This document shows, one piece after another, positions 11,901-24,979 of a DNA stretch of 64,000 nt; the stretch's first letter is position 1, and each line of letters begins with the position of its first letter. Both the position numbers and the translations under genes were made by a program. Source of the stretch: Coniocarpon cinnabarinum (lineage: Eukaryota); contig JAVECO010000100.1 in assembly GCA_051942205.1 (NCBI GenBank), positions 1 to 64,000 of the forward strand, in the 5' to 3' direction. The notes beneath the pieces are model-generated. The model did not search any database. It saw only the letters and a list, made by a program, of their open reading frames with translations, and was not told the DNA's origin.

Positions 11901-13214
11901 CATGCGTGGCAGGGTTGTTGGAAGCATTGAATTCTCCAACAATTCTCTGACGCTTTTCCATCCAATCTCGCAAGCCTACCTACAAGTATGTCTCACGACT
12001 CGTGGTGAGCTTCATCCGGGTTGGAAAGCGAGGCTGGCAATCGCCGTGTGATGGCGACCCACTGCCTGACGTGGAGCCTGCCCTGGCTGGTGGACCATGT
12101 AACACCTCCACACCCTGCGTCTCTGCATTTGTCACGCGGCAGCACCACAACAACGTGTACTGCTTTGGGCCAGGGGCACCCACGTTCGTGAGGGAATGGC
12201 AAGGAGAACAACGACTGTGCCCGCTTTGAGAGTTTGCGACGATACAGTCAATGTCTCGGATGGATCAACGGGTTCGTGACTATTGCACATCGCAGGTCCA
12301 CGACTCTACTGTTGCGTCAGGAGAGCAGGCTGACCCGCGCATCTGGGACGGTGGCCGTTGCACCAGATCCTGGGTCGCTCCCCATGCATGCGAGGCTGCT
12401 AATCACCGCTGGGCAGGAATAGGGGCCGCTAATCAACGACCTCCGCACAGAACACGCTGCCAGCCAGCACGGGCACTCTGAAGCGTGGGCAGTCTCGTCG
12501 TCATCCTGCAGCTCGAGGCTGTCTGAATAGGAAGCTGGGCACGGCATAGCAAGCGTGATAATGGCCTTGGCGTTGATCCTGCATCGCGCAGAAGCTTTCG
12601 CCCAAAGCTGCCGTAGCGCCGAAAGTCAGAGTTGACGACACGTTGTGCTGCTGCAGCGTTCATGCAGGCGCTACCTATGGGGTCTGCAAGTGGGTGCAGG
12701 CGACGGGCGGTGTATGTGTGGTGATGGCACGGGGAGGTGATGGCACCACTCGCTCGAAGCTGCTTCTCCTGGCGGCAAGCAAGTCTCGGGTGCAAAGGAA
12801 TGGAAAGTTGAAACAGAAGGGCTGGTGTCTTGCAACCGCGACAATGGACGGCGCTGAGTCGTCGCACAAGAACGTCAGCAACAGAGGCCGCCCGACACGA
12901 GATCGCCCCCGCATGGCTCTAGTGGCTGCTGCTTGGGGAAAGGGAGGGGGCGCAGGCCATACCCCAAAGACGCTCGCGCCGTGGCGCTGTGTGAATCGTG
13001 ATGGGGCTCGCACACACGGTCCCACAGGCTACAAACCACAGGCCACACGGCCACAAAAAGGCCAGGCGTGCCAGGGGAGCCCTTCCACGTTGGTGACTCG
13101 ATGCGTCGTTGCGTGCGTGCATAGTGGCCTAGCAGCGGCATTTCGGGCGCCAGACTCGGCACTGGAAGCGCTAGCCCTGCCCGGCTTGTCCACGTCGTGG
13201 GTTCAAACTCCAGC

Positions 13215-13243
13215 GAGCCAGGGAGCCAGGGAGCCAGGGAGCC
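13215..13243 (+). repeat. Tandem 8-mer (GAGCCAGG)x3.6
   Basis: gagccagg gagccagg gagccagg gagcc read directly. Confidence 0.9.
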
Positions 13244-13956
13244 GATCACCTGTTTCCCCTGCTGCCCTCTGGCGCTTAGCCGAGCTTCAACCTGTTGGTG
13301 CGCTGGGTGCACTACTCCGTACACCTTCGGTTGGCCCACCCAGCAGCTTTGTTTCCGGCGGGTTCCCCAAACCGAGCTTGTTTCGTAACGATCGTACCGC
13401 ACCAACATCTTCACCGCCATGTGTGGTGGAGAAGGCCGGGTGCGAGGGGCAAGGGAGAACGGGGACCAGAGTGGGTGTGGACGTATATGTGCGGGGGGGA
13501 TCGAACGAGCCGTGAATGCGTGTGACGAGCGAGCTTACACCGACAGGCTCATGCAACCCCTGGTGGCGATCTCTCACGCAATCCTCCTGGGTGGACTGGC
13601 AATGGAGCAGCACATCCTCACATATCATCGCGATTGCTGTCGTCTTGGTCTGCATTCTGAAAGTCTATCTGAGAGAGTAAAGGCTGAAGGCCTGAGGGGT
13701 ATGCTCGTGCATGCTTGAATCTGAATCGAGAGCCTGGAGGAAACCCGCAATGCCGCTGCTCTCCCCAACGCCTCACAAAAGCATGTCTATCTGAATCAAA
13801 TGCCTCTCTGAAGATGCTGGCATGCTGCGACCGCTCATGCACCATCAGAGCTCCCGCGCTGATACGTGAGCCAGTCCCAGGCGTGTGACAATGCCTGCCA
13901 GGGCGTGGTCTCAATGTTGTGGCAGGTGCCGCATGCAAGGCCCAAGAGGTTGAGCT

Positions 13957-16290
<2,334 letters not shown>

Positions 16291-16503
16291 GATAGAGGAG
16301 GGGATGAAAGGGGCTAAAGCAAGAAAGAAGAACGGGATCCGGTCAACCCTGCTGTTCCTTGACGAACAGGCAAGACCAGGGAGATGTCGCGAATAGAGTG
16401 ACACGAAGTTGTTGTTTCTATAGGAAGGAAAGTGAAGAGGTCGATGAAAGATAATGGCAAACTTGTGAGGAAAGTGCTGCTGGGAGCAGAGTGACGGAGG
16501 CGC

Positions 16504-16539
16504 AATTTTTTTTCGAAGCCGTCTAGGCATTAGCTCAGC
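16504..16539. promoter_or_regulatory. RRPE-like (AATTTTTTTTC) and PAC-like (GCTCAGC) motifs in the 331-bp DBP2/PPR divergent promoter
   Basis: Motifs at 16504-16514 and 16533-16539. DBP2 is an established ribosome-biogenesis regulon gene in yeast. The PAC match has one mismatch. Confidence 0.35.
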
Positions 16540-16621
16540 CTTACGAGATGCACATGACTCGCGTGTCTTGAATTCCTTCCCTACGTATCTTCGAAGACGC
16601 GCTACAAGCTACTTTCAATGT

Positions 16622-19159
16622 ATGGCCATTTGCAGCGCATGTTGGAAAAGGTAAGCATTTTTACCGACCATATTCAATTGCATTGACTTGCTCTATCAGC
16701 ATTGGCACGGAAAAGATTCTGCGGCTATTACTTATTCTGTGGACAACCATAGGCTGATAAAAATCATCTTTCTGCAGCTGCACAAACGCTTGTTTTCAAA
16801 ACAAGGCGTGTTGTGAACAGCAGCTAGTTGCGTCCTAGAAAACTGAGAGCTGACATTCGTTATTGGCAGAAGCTTGATCGCTCTCCTCTCCATACACCAC
16901 CCAGCACGCGCGTCTTCGTCATCTCTGAAGTTCTTGACAAGGTCGTTATCAACTGCGAGTGCGTGTGAGTATAACAAATAGCTGGACGCCAATACTGGTA
17001 GTTGAGATTGTCGAAAGCTCTTTGGCTGACTATTCAAATTCGAAGATCGAACCGAATACGCACTCAGTCGACAGGATGATCCAAACAAAAGGGCAGCCCG
17101 GAAAGCGCTGCTTGTTGATGCGACGGGGAAGAAGGGCTCAGCGGCTAATGAGCTGACTGATCGTCAAAGAGCAAATCTCAGAACCGAGCTCAAATATCTC
17201 AGCGATCCGCTGAAACTTGCAAACTATGTCCAGCACATCGTGGATCAGGATTATGACAAGGCGCTGGCTCTTGTCAGGCTTAGTAGCCGCGCTGTATCGA
17301 ATACAGTGGCTTGGAACCACCTAATAGACTCCAACATGAGGCGGGGCAAGACCAAGGCTGCGATTGATCTTTATTCCGAAATGAAAAAGGTTCGTCACTC
17401 AACCTCTGATACACTAATGCACGCGAACTTTGCTAACTCAATGCAACAACAGCGAGCACAAAAGCCTGACAGCCATACGTATCTACTTCTTCTACGCGGC
17501 CTTGGGGACCATGCCCAGCATCCTCACAGCTTAGGACGAGCACTGTCGCTTTACCACTCATTATCTGCCGAGGGGAACAAAGTTGCGCCCACAATTCGAC
17601 ACACTAACGCCGTCTTGAAGGTCTGCGCAAGAGCCAATGACATGGATAGCTTATGGGACATTGCAAGCAGGTTACCTGAAAGTGGTCCCCATGCCGCTGA
17701 TCACTGGACATTCACGACGATCTTGAACAATCTGCGCCTCAACGCCTTAACCGGGGGGATTGATCAGGAGGTGCCACAAGAGCAAAACGTGGAGAGGAAA
17801 GACGAAGCTGTCATACAAGGTCGCCGACTGTGGGAGCTAGTAGTCAAGCGTCGGCGAGCTGGTGACATACAAATAGATGAAGACTTAGCATGTTCCATGG
17901 GCCGGCTTTTGCTCCTGAGTAGCCGACCTCGCGACTGGGATGATGTGCTTTCGCTTGTTGAACAAACAATGGGGGTGCATCGGATGGTACCTAGAATCGG
18001 CACCGACGAGCGTACAGGGCTGTATCTACACTCAAGACCAGCAGTGAACAACTTGGAAGGCAATGAAAGAGCCAGACATGATGACTATCGTTCTGAGGCC
18101 ACTTCTGCAGCCACCAATGACCACAATTCTGAATCGCCTTCGGATACATTCACTGAGCTGACAAGACCGGTCAGGCCGCCCCTGCGGCCAAACGTCCGCA
18201 AGTCTTCGATGCATGCCTACGCAAAACCCTCCAATTCAACGCTCTCCCTCGTCCTAGAAGCCTGCCTCAAGATGGTCATTAAAAAGCCCGCAGCGCAGTA
18301 CTGGGACCTACTCACCAGCCGCTCAGGGTATGGCATAGTCCCTGATCTGGACAACATCCACATGCGCCTCCGCATTCTCCGGCAATCGCACTCGTCCGCA
18401 GAAATCGTCCATCTACTCCGCAGCGAAATGCCTGCCGCAAAAGTTGGACCAATGAAGAAAACGTTTGCGATCGCCATGGCCGGGTGTGCTCGAGACAGTC
18501 AGAACCTCTCGAGCGTCCCCGCGGCTGGCCAGGTACTGGATCTCGCGCTTCAACACCTTGCAGAGCCTGGCTCGAAGACGTTCTTGTTATACTTGGATAC
18601 TGTCACGGCCGTCGCTAACGTGGTGGAGAAGAAAACTCCCGAGTCGACTTCTGGCGTGAATTCGGATGGTCTTGAAAACGTGCGGACTGCTGTCCGTATG
18701 CAGCTGCGCGCGCTCTCGCGCCTCGAACCAGGCACGGTGGGTCTCAGGTCCATGCTCAATTTCGGCACGGACCCGACTGCTCGGCAATCGACAAAGAGCC
18801 GCATCGCCTGGGAAGACGAGGTGAACAGGGAGCGGGCTGGGGCCATCGAGCTCATGAAGCGCATGGTTGCCATCTATGACCATGTCGTGGCGCTTGCACA
18901 AGGCCGCGAGCGAGAGCTCGGTCTCAGAGCCGGTGATCGTACAGATATCATTGGGCGCAAGAAGAAGTTGCAGGCGTTTGTGCAGAGGCAACACGTGAGA
19001 GGAGTGAAGAGGCAGATTTCATCGCGGGGATGGAGGCCGGCGAGGAGAGACGATGGGAGGGTTCAGCAGCTGAGAAAGGTTCAGGTTGAGAAAGGTGAAG
19101 ATGAAGACGAGGCTCAGGATGTGGAAGAAGCCAGAGAGCCTGCGGCTGCCCATGCTTAG
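16622..19159 (+). CDS. Pentatricopeptide-repeat (PPR)-like protein, probably mitochondrial
   Basis: Repeats such as VAWNHLIDSNMRRGKTKAAIDLYSEMKKRAQKPDSHTYLLLLRG and HTNAVLKVCARANDMD. Reconstructed N-terminus MAICSACWKRSLIALLS...FLTRSLST is presequence-like. Introns: 16651-16869, 16965-17045 and 17390-17452. The 5' exon model is less certain than the body. Confidence 0.82.
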
Positions 19160-19215
19160 TTGTATAATATGAGGTGAGGTCGATTTTAGGAATGATGTGC
19201 AATTGAGACTCTTAC

Positions 19216-19233
19216 GCTGCTGCTGCTGCTGCT
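19216..19233 (+). repeat. (GCT)6 microsatellite in the PPR 3' region
   Basis: gctgctgctgctgctgct read directly. Confidence 0.85.
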
Positions 19234-19652
19234 GGCACTGCGCAATTTGGGCCCTAGTTGATGCTTATTGGCGTAGCGTGATCGCTCCTACCTCTCGTCA
19301 TGCAGATTAATCTTGTCCACAGTTTGGCTGAATGCACTGAGGTTGTCCGGGGTTTGAGCTCGTTCACAATCACTGTGAGTTCTCCCCACGCCGAAGCCTT
19401 CCACTTGGCCTCGACTTCGCTCAGCCACTGATTGCCAATCAACGGAGTGTATTTGCTGCGAAGGCAAGACGTGCGCAGCAGATATTCTGTAAGATTTCTA
19501 GTACTTATCGAACAAGTGATTACTGAATTCACTGTGTGTTAAATTCAATACTTGAGAGCGTGTCGCTGTCTCAATGCAACGCTGCATAGCAGCCTTTCGA
19601 TGCAGCTACCTATGTCTGTTGTAATTTGCAATTGTGATTAGCCAGTACTTTG

Positions 19653-19847
19653 TCCACCGCAACAGCACGCTATTGCTGAGGATTGGGCTCCTTTGAGCCG
19701 CTACTTGAGAAGGGTGAAACCACCCTCTAGATAAAGGGTAATACCGGATCAAGTCGTGGATTGGTAATGCTCGTGTGATAGAAAGACTCCCTATAGCTCT
19801 GCAAGCGAGTGCCTGAGCTACAGAGTCTTTCTGAGCTTTTTAGCAGT
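19653..19847 (+). ncRNA. Structured ncRNA, probable atypical box C/D snoRNA (snR4-like 18S acetylation guide)
   Basis: Intergenic, with no ORF. Stems: GGCTC/GAGCC (19686-19699); ACTTGA/TCAAGT (19703/19754) enclosing AGGGTG/CACCCT; AGAAAGACTC/GAGTCTTTCT (19780/19832) with inner TAGCTC/GAGCTA; ATTGCT/AGCAGT closing. Box C variant TGAGGA at 19677 and box D CTGA at 19831. The 5' TCCACC is complementary to GGUGGA of 18S helix 34. Confidence 0.6.
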
Positions 19848-20025
19848 TCTTTGCCGCATGTCAATTTGACTGGTGATGAACAAATCAACAACTGAGTGCC
19901 CTATCGAGCTGATGACCGACGCTCGATCTGGGACTTGCCTTAGCATCGTGCATCGGTGCAGTTCTTGCACACCACATGCGTGAAGTGTGGTCGACAATTC
20001 TCTCGAACGTCTACATATACATCAT

Positions 20026-21434
20026 TCAATCAAACAGACCTTTTACTTGCGAAGCCCGCTGAGTTGGCATAACACCTGCAGCATGCCTATCATCAGCCCC
20101 ACTATTACTTTCATGCTGACCCAGCCCACTGTTCGTGAAAGTCGGCCGGAAGGCAGAGTTCTGCACCCATCAGCATTCAAAGCAACCACAAACACTTCTG
20201 TGGATCTTACATCATCACCACTTGGATCCCAAGCCAGCCTCGCCTCCTCTTCTTCCTGATCATTCGGTGGATCCCAAGCCTGATCCTCATCATCAGGTGG
20301 TACAAACAAACTCTCCTCATTCACCTCAGCACCTCCCCGAGACGGCTCATTAGGCACAGTCGTCCTACTCCCCAGTCTACCATCCCGCCTTTGACTCTGC
20401 GCCGCCGATGGCGCCTCCGGCCTCACAGACCGACGCGACTCCGATAGCTGGCCACCTGGTTGAGCCTGTAGTTCGCGCGTCCCCGTGCGGGTAATGGCGG
20501 GCGTCGTACCCCTGTAGTCGCCCAGCGTCATGAGCGTAAACTCGCAGCGCATGCCTTCTTTGCTGTAGCTCAACTGAAGCGGCTGCGAGGGAACGGAATA
20601 GAGCGTGGTGACAGACACGAGAAGCGTGATGGCATGCTGGACGATGGCACGGAAGTCTTTGACGCTGATGACAATGTGGAGATTGTCTTCGACGTCAATT
20701 TGGTCGAAGTCGGTGGTGTCGATCGTGACGGCGGTTTGGAGCGGTTGCTTGAGTGTTTCTGTTGATTGTGAGATGTGTCTACCGTAGCAGGAGGTCTGCA
20801 ACAAGCTGAGGGAGCATGGAAGTTGCGTACCTTTGCCGTTCGTGATCTTCTCTGTGTAGCTCGTCAACGTCACTTCATCTTCATTAGAACAGATATCCAA
20901 CTGCTCCGTCCTCGGCCCAAAGTGATCCGCAAATTCTCTGAGCATTCTCGCCGACGCTTTCCAACTGTTCGTAGCTCTCCCCTTGTCGAAAACCGCCTGC
21001 ATCATAGCAGTGGCCTCATACGTCAGTCTAAACGTCTTGGTGAGACCCTGACGATAGATCAACTTCATGAGAAGCCGACATTCCTCGCCTTCACTCCCAT
21101 CATCAAACACAGCCTCGCACCGCTCAATGGCACCCTCGCCAGTCTTCGAGTCACCCAGTCGTCCCCGAAAGATCGAAGCAAGGGCCTTGTTCAAGATCCG
21201 GCAGGAGAAGCGCTCATCCTTACGCGTGAGGGTGTCATACTCATAGTGCAGGAAAAATTGGTCTTTTTCACACGTAAAGGAGGCATACGCGGACTTTGAT
21301 GAGTTCAAAGCGGAGAGGATGAGCTGCCCATGGCGAGCTTCAAGTGATACGTTCTCGCTGAATTTGGAGAGACATGTCAACGCGTCGTAGAAGCGAGCGC
21401 AGTGCTCGGGGGAGAGCGTAAATTGCAAAGCCAT
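20026..21434 (-). CDS. rad9: Checkpoint clamp subunit Rad9 (9-1-1 complex; Ddc1/RAD9A-like)
   Basis: FYDALTCLSKFSENVSLEA..LSALNSSKSAYASF, EQLDI, LKQPLQTAVTID and ISVKDFRAIVQHA. Introns: 20759-20830 and 20161-20210. After the second intron the frame ends in the typical PTQRASQVKGLFD* (TGA 20026-20028). Confidence 0.92.
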
Positions 21435-22283
21435 CTCATCTTGAGTGGCACAGCTCGATTAGCTCATCTCACACTTGGCCTGAGTGTTTGAGTTGCAACA
21501 TGAGATAGAGGATTAGGTTACAAGATACATGACAAGAAGTAGTCGAGTTTCTATAGAATAGGTTGCCTGGAAAGGAGCTCCCCTTTTCACTAGGGGCAAA
21601 CTGATAACTAGCGTGTTTTCGACCAACTGAGCAGCCCAGACGCCCGCCTATCTCCAGCACCGGGGCCTTATGTCCCAAATGCGTTGAAACGGTTTGATGC
21701 AGCAACGGAGCCCTTGACCACCTCAGCTCATAGACAAAGCACGTCACTTAGGCGCCTGTGATATTTCTGATTAAGAGCACCCCTCGATACGTCCCTGGTT
21801 CGAGGCAGATGCCTTTCGCATCAATATGGCTATGTCGTTATCTGCTCTTGCTACCGGTGGAAGTTAAAATGACTCAAACGATGTATATTTCTCATCCTAC
21901 TTCCATCATGAGTTTCGGAGTGTGACGGGGCATCATCATCAGCGTCACGAGAGCATTCCAACGACTGAGTACGCCACTGCGGGCTTCGCCTACATTGTTG
22001 CAATTGCTATTGCAAATGGCTGGTCATTTGATGGCTGCTTCTAATAGGAAGTTGGAAACCGCTCGTGATGTTGTGATACGTTTTTCTGATGTGTGCTGAT
22101 CCTAAAGGGCCACTGGAGTGTGTGACCTCCCCATTTCGCGTTGTCATCGAGTAGAAACCCGTTGCTGCGAGCTTTCAATCGCTTTGTGCATTCTTACATT
22201 GGCTGGAATCCATCGTGGACCGTCGATGCAGGTGAACGATTTTGAAAATACGTCTTGAGTTCCAACAGTGATGCGATGTCCAG

Positions 22284-22877
22284 TCAGGTCGAGGCCAGGT
22301 CAGGATCCAGTGGAGGTATATGGGCCGACCCGTCGTACTGTAAAACATTAGAAGTTGCTGTGTTGCTGGAACTGGCGCCGTAAGAAGTGCTATTGGATGA
22401 CTGGGAACCAGTATTCTGCATTGCCAGTGATGTTGGAGGATCCCCGGTTGCTGTCTGTTCATCGTTTTCCTGCCGCGCTCTCTCCTTGAGCTTCTCTGCA
22501 TAAGCTACCACCGCAACCGCTTTCTTCCTACCACTTTGTTTGATCACTCTCGACACAGAGCTCTGACTGACTTTGATGCCATGTTTATTCTCAATCCACT
22601 GGCAAAGCTGCTTCTGCCCAATGTCAAATCCCGTCGTCTCCCAGACCTCCAGCATTTCAGCTGCGATCTCGGGCTTTATCTGAGGCGGACGGCCCTTTTT
22701 AGGAGGGTCTGGCTTGTCGGGTGTACCATAATCGAGGAGATTACGCTCGATCTTCTTCACTAGGCCGAGGCCAACGTCCATCTCTTGTGCAATCTCGGCA
22801 TGACGGCAGCGATGGAAGAGCAGGCGAACAATGGTGTTGCGCTTTTCTATAGGAACAGTGCCACCTGGCTTGGGCAT
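22284..22877 (-). CDS. Tc1/IS630-transposase-like double HTH DNA-binding protein lacking the DDE domain
   Basis: 197 aa. HTH1 (RNTIVRLL..RHAEIAQEMDVGLGLVKKI), GRPP linker, HTH2 (QKQLCQWIENKHGIKVSQSSVSRVIKQSG), then a low-complexity S/T/N tail. Confidence 0.75.
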   Translation of the reverse strand: MPKPGGTVPIEKRNTIVRLLFHRCRHAEIAQEMDVGLGLVKKIERNLLDYGTPDKPDPPKKGRPPQIKPEIAAEMLEVWETTGFDIGQKQLCQWIENKHGIKVSQSSVSRVIKQSGRKKAVAVVAYAEKLKERARQENDEQTATGDPPTSLAMQNTGSQSSNSTSYGASSSNTATSNVLQYDGSAHIPPLDPDLAST

Positions 22878-23256
22878 GTTGAAAGTCAGAATATCGGCGA
22901 AATCCTGTCTGCTTCAAGTGGGCGAAATAAGCACATGCTTGTACCACAAGAGCTCCTCGTGGAGCTGGCAGTGTGCAGGATGAGAAGCTGTCTGTATTTT
23001 TGCAGGTTCTTTGTTAGCGGCCTGAGATATCCTCAGGAAAGGCGAGCATTTATGAGTCTTTGCAGACAAGGTATGCGGCTTCTGCTAATTGATTGTGTGG
23101 TCCAAGATTGACAGAGTAGGAGCTAGATAACGATGTTGTATGACACCCTGCCAATGTTTGCGACCGTAACGTGCGTGGACACCCTAGCTCAACCTATGCG
23201 TCTTGAGCAGGTCCAGCCTTTTCCTCGTTCGACGTTCAATACGATATACTGAGCAG

Positions 23257-23699
23257 ATGTCAACCCGTGCAGCGGCGCTGAAAGCATACCGTCATGTCCT
23301 CCGTTCGGCATCCCTAGCATTTCGAGGTATAGCTCCTTAGTTAGTAGCAAAGCTTCGATAGTATTTCTAACCTGCTCAGGCGATCCACCAATGCTGCAAG
23401 GCGCCCGCATACAAGCAAGACAGTCCTTCGAACAGGCGCGAAACCTCAGTGAAGGTAGCGATGAGTTCAAGCAGGGAATACAACACGCAGAAGATGTGGC
23501 GCGAATCCTAAGGGAAAATGTTGTGCAGGGAGAGGCTGGGACCACGACCGATCAATACAGTGGGAACTTTGGTCGCAGCATGAGTGTTCTGGTTACTAAT
23601 GGGCTTGCAGAGCTTCGTATACATGAGCATACAGAGCGAGGAGATAACGAGAGTGTGAAGGTCACAGGCCAGAAGATGAATGAGAAAGTAGCCAGCTGA
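23257..23699 (+). CDS. MZM1: LYR-family mitochondrial zinc maintenance / complex III assembly factor Mzm1 (LYRM7)
   Basis: MSTRAAALKAYRHVLRSASLAFRGDPPML...AEDVARILRENVVQG...LRIHEHTERGDNESVK. Introns: 23327-23379 and 23560-23610. Confidence 0.92.
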
Positions 23700-23827
23700 T
23701 ACCAACATTGGCGGTTCGAACCCTTCGTTTTAACAATCTGGACGTGCGCCATACGCAATTACCAATGACACCCAACGCCACGCTCTGCCAAGATACAAAC
23801 CGATCTGGAGACTCTCAGAGGACTCCC

Positions 23828-24979
23828 TCAGTCGCCAGCAAGACTGGCGTAATTTACATCATCTTGCCCAGGAGGTGGCATAGCTGCAAGCCCATCTAAC
23901 TCATCACCTTCGCTAACAGCGCCCGGTTGGGCTTTTGTGCTGCTCTCAGCTCCTGGTAGTGCCTTTTTCCTCGGCTGGGCTACCTCGCGCCCTGCTCTGG
24001 CATTGGCAATCCTCTGATCGCGGTCTGTGGTATCAAGCGTCTTCGGCCGGCCCCACGTCACTCTCAGTGGACATCCCCGGATGATAGCCTTCCCACGACA
24101 CGCATCCGCGGCGTTCTCTGCAGATAATCGCTTTTGATAATTTATGAAGGCGCAATGAGCGCGATGTGAGCAGACAACGGATTGAAGGGTGCCATATTTT
24201 TCAAAAAATTCGCGGACACTGTATTCGGGCAAGTCGTCTTCGACTCCAAGAACAAATAGAGATTTGATGTTTCGATCTTGTGGCGGCTGCCAGTCTGCTT
24301 CGCTGGGCGGCTGTTGTTGAGATTGGAGCGGGCGAGTGCTCTTGCTTGCGGCGCCTCCTCTTCCGCCACGAGATGAGCCATTCCCGCTGACTCTCTGTCT
24401 CTTCTCGCCGCTGTAGGTGGCGCCACCGACTGTCGAGCCATGCTGCAGACTTTCTGGCGGCCGCAGCGCCTTCATGTCCTTTCCTTCTACGTCCTCATCG
24501 ATTCGCCTCTTTCTCGAATACTGTTCGCTGTTCGCCAATTTCTTCAGTAACTCCATTGCTTTTTCGTCTGTCTTTTCGTACGCCTCCAGCCCACCTCTGC
24601 CCTCTTCAATCTCCCGCTCGTTGTTTTGAGCATAAAACTCTCGATTGACGGCGCTCCCCGGTCCCGGCGCAATCATCTTGAGCGCCTGATCGCGAATCGT
24701 AATGGGAAGCCCAAAATGCAAGTCGAGCATGCATGACTGACAGCAATTTTTGAGGCGCGCACAGGTCAAACAAATGATGGTGCGCTTTTGTCTAGCATTT
24801 CGATCCGCCTTCCACTTGAACAGCGTGAATGGTCGAGTGCAGACCTTGCATTCGGCGCCGTAGTCATCTTTAATCATCTGCACGTATGGATTTTCAGGCA
24901 GACACCTCTCGCAGACACTGGGCATGTCAGTGGTCTCCCACCCGCTCCTGTTGAGATCCTGCTTGATTTGCGGTGGCAT
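23828..24979 (-). CDS. SLT11: Pre-mRNA splicing factor Slt11/Ecm2 (RBM22 ortholog)
   Basis: WETTDMPSVCERCLPENPYVQM..ECKVCTRPFT..CLTCARLKNCCQSCMLDL zinc region plus an RRM (SLFVLGVEDDLPE..CAFINY). Confidence 0.96.
   Translation of the reverse strand: MPPQIKQDLNRSGWETTDMPSVCERCLPENPYVQMIKDDYGAECKVCTRPFTLFKWKADRNARQKRTIICLTCARLKNCCQSCMLDLHFGLPITIRDQALKMIAPGPGSAVNREFYAQNNEREIEEGRGGLEAYEKTDEKAMELLKKLANSEQYSRKRRIDEDVEGKDMKALRPPESLQHGSTVGGATYSGEKRQRVSGNGSSRGGRGGAASKSTRPLQSQQQPPSEADWQPPQDRNIKSLFVLGVEDDLPEYSVREFFEKYGTLQSVVCSHRAHCAFINYQKRLSAENAADACRGKAIIRGCPLRVTWGRPKTLDTTDRDQRIANARAGREVAQPRKKALPGAESSTKAQPGAVSEGDELDGLAAMPPPGQDDVNYASLAGD

Noticed and set aside
12643..13515. 290-aa GTG-initiated ORF and overlapping ORFs upstream of con7
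   Set aside because: GC-rich regulatory-type DNA with ORFs in many frames, no domain motifs, and it includes an 8-mer repeat.
16651..16705. Stwintron (nested intron) model for the PPR and DBP2 long introns
   Set aside because: Removing the inner intron would create poor donors (GCATTG, GTTTCT) in the wrong phase.
19700..19780. Resemblance of the structured RNA to a TPP riboswitch, group I intron P5abc, SRP RNA or RNase P/MRP
   Set aside because: The required cores are missing: no CUGAGA/AGCG TPP pairing, no P7 (AGACUA/UAGUC), no GNRA helix 8 with AGCAG, and no P4 pseudoknot strands.
19909..19935. CTGATGA as a hammerhead ribozyme core
   Set aside because: No GAAA follows stem II and there is no stem III or cleavage triplet geometry.
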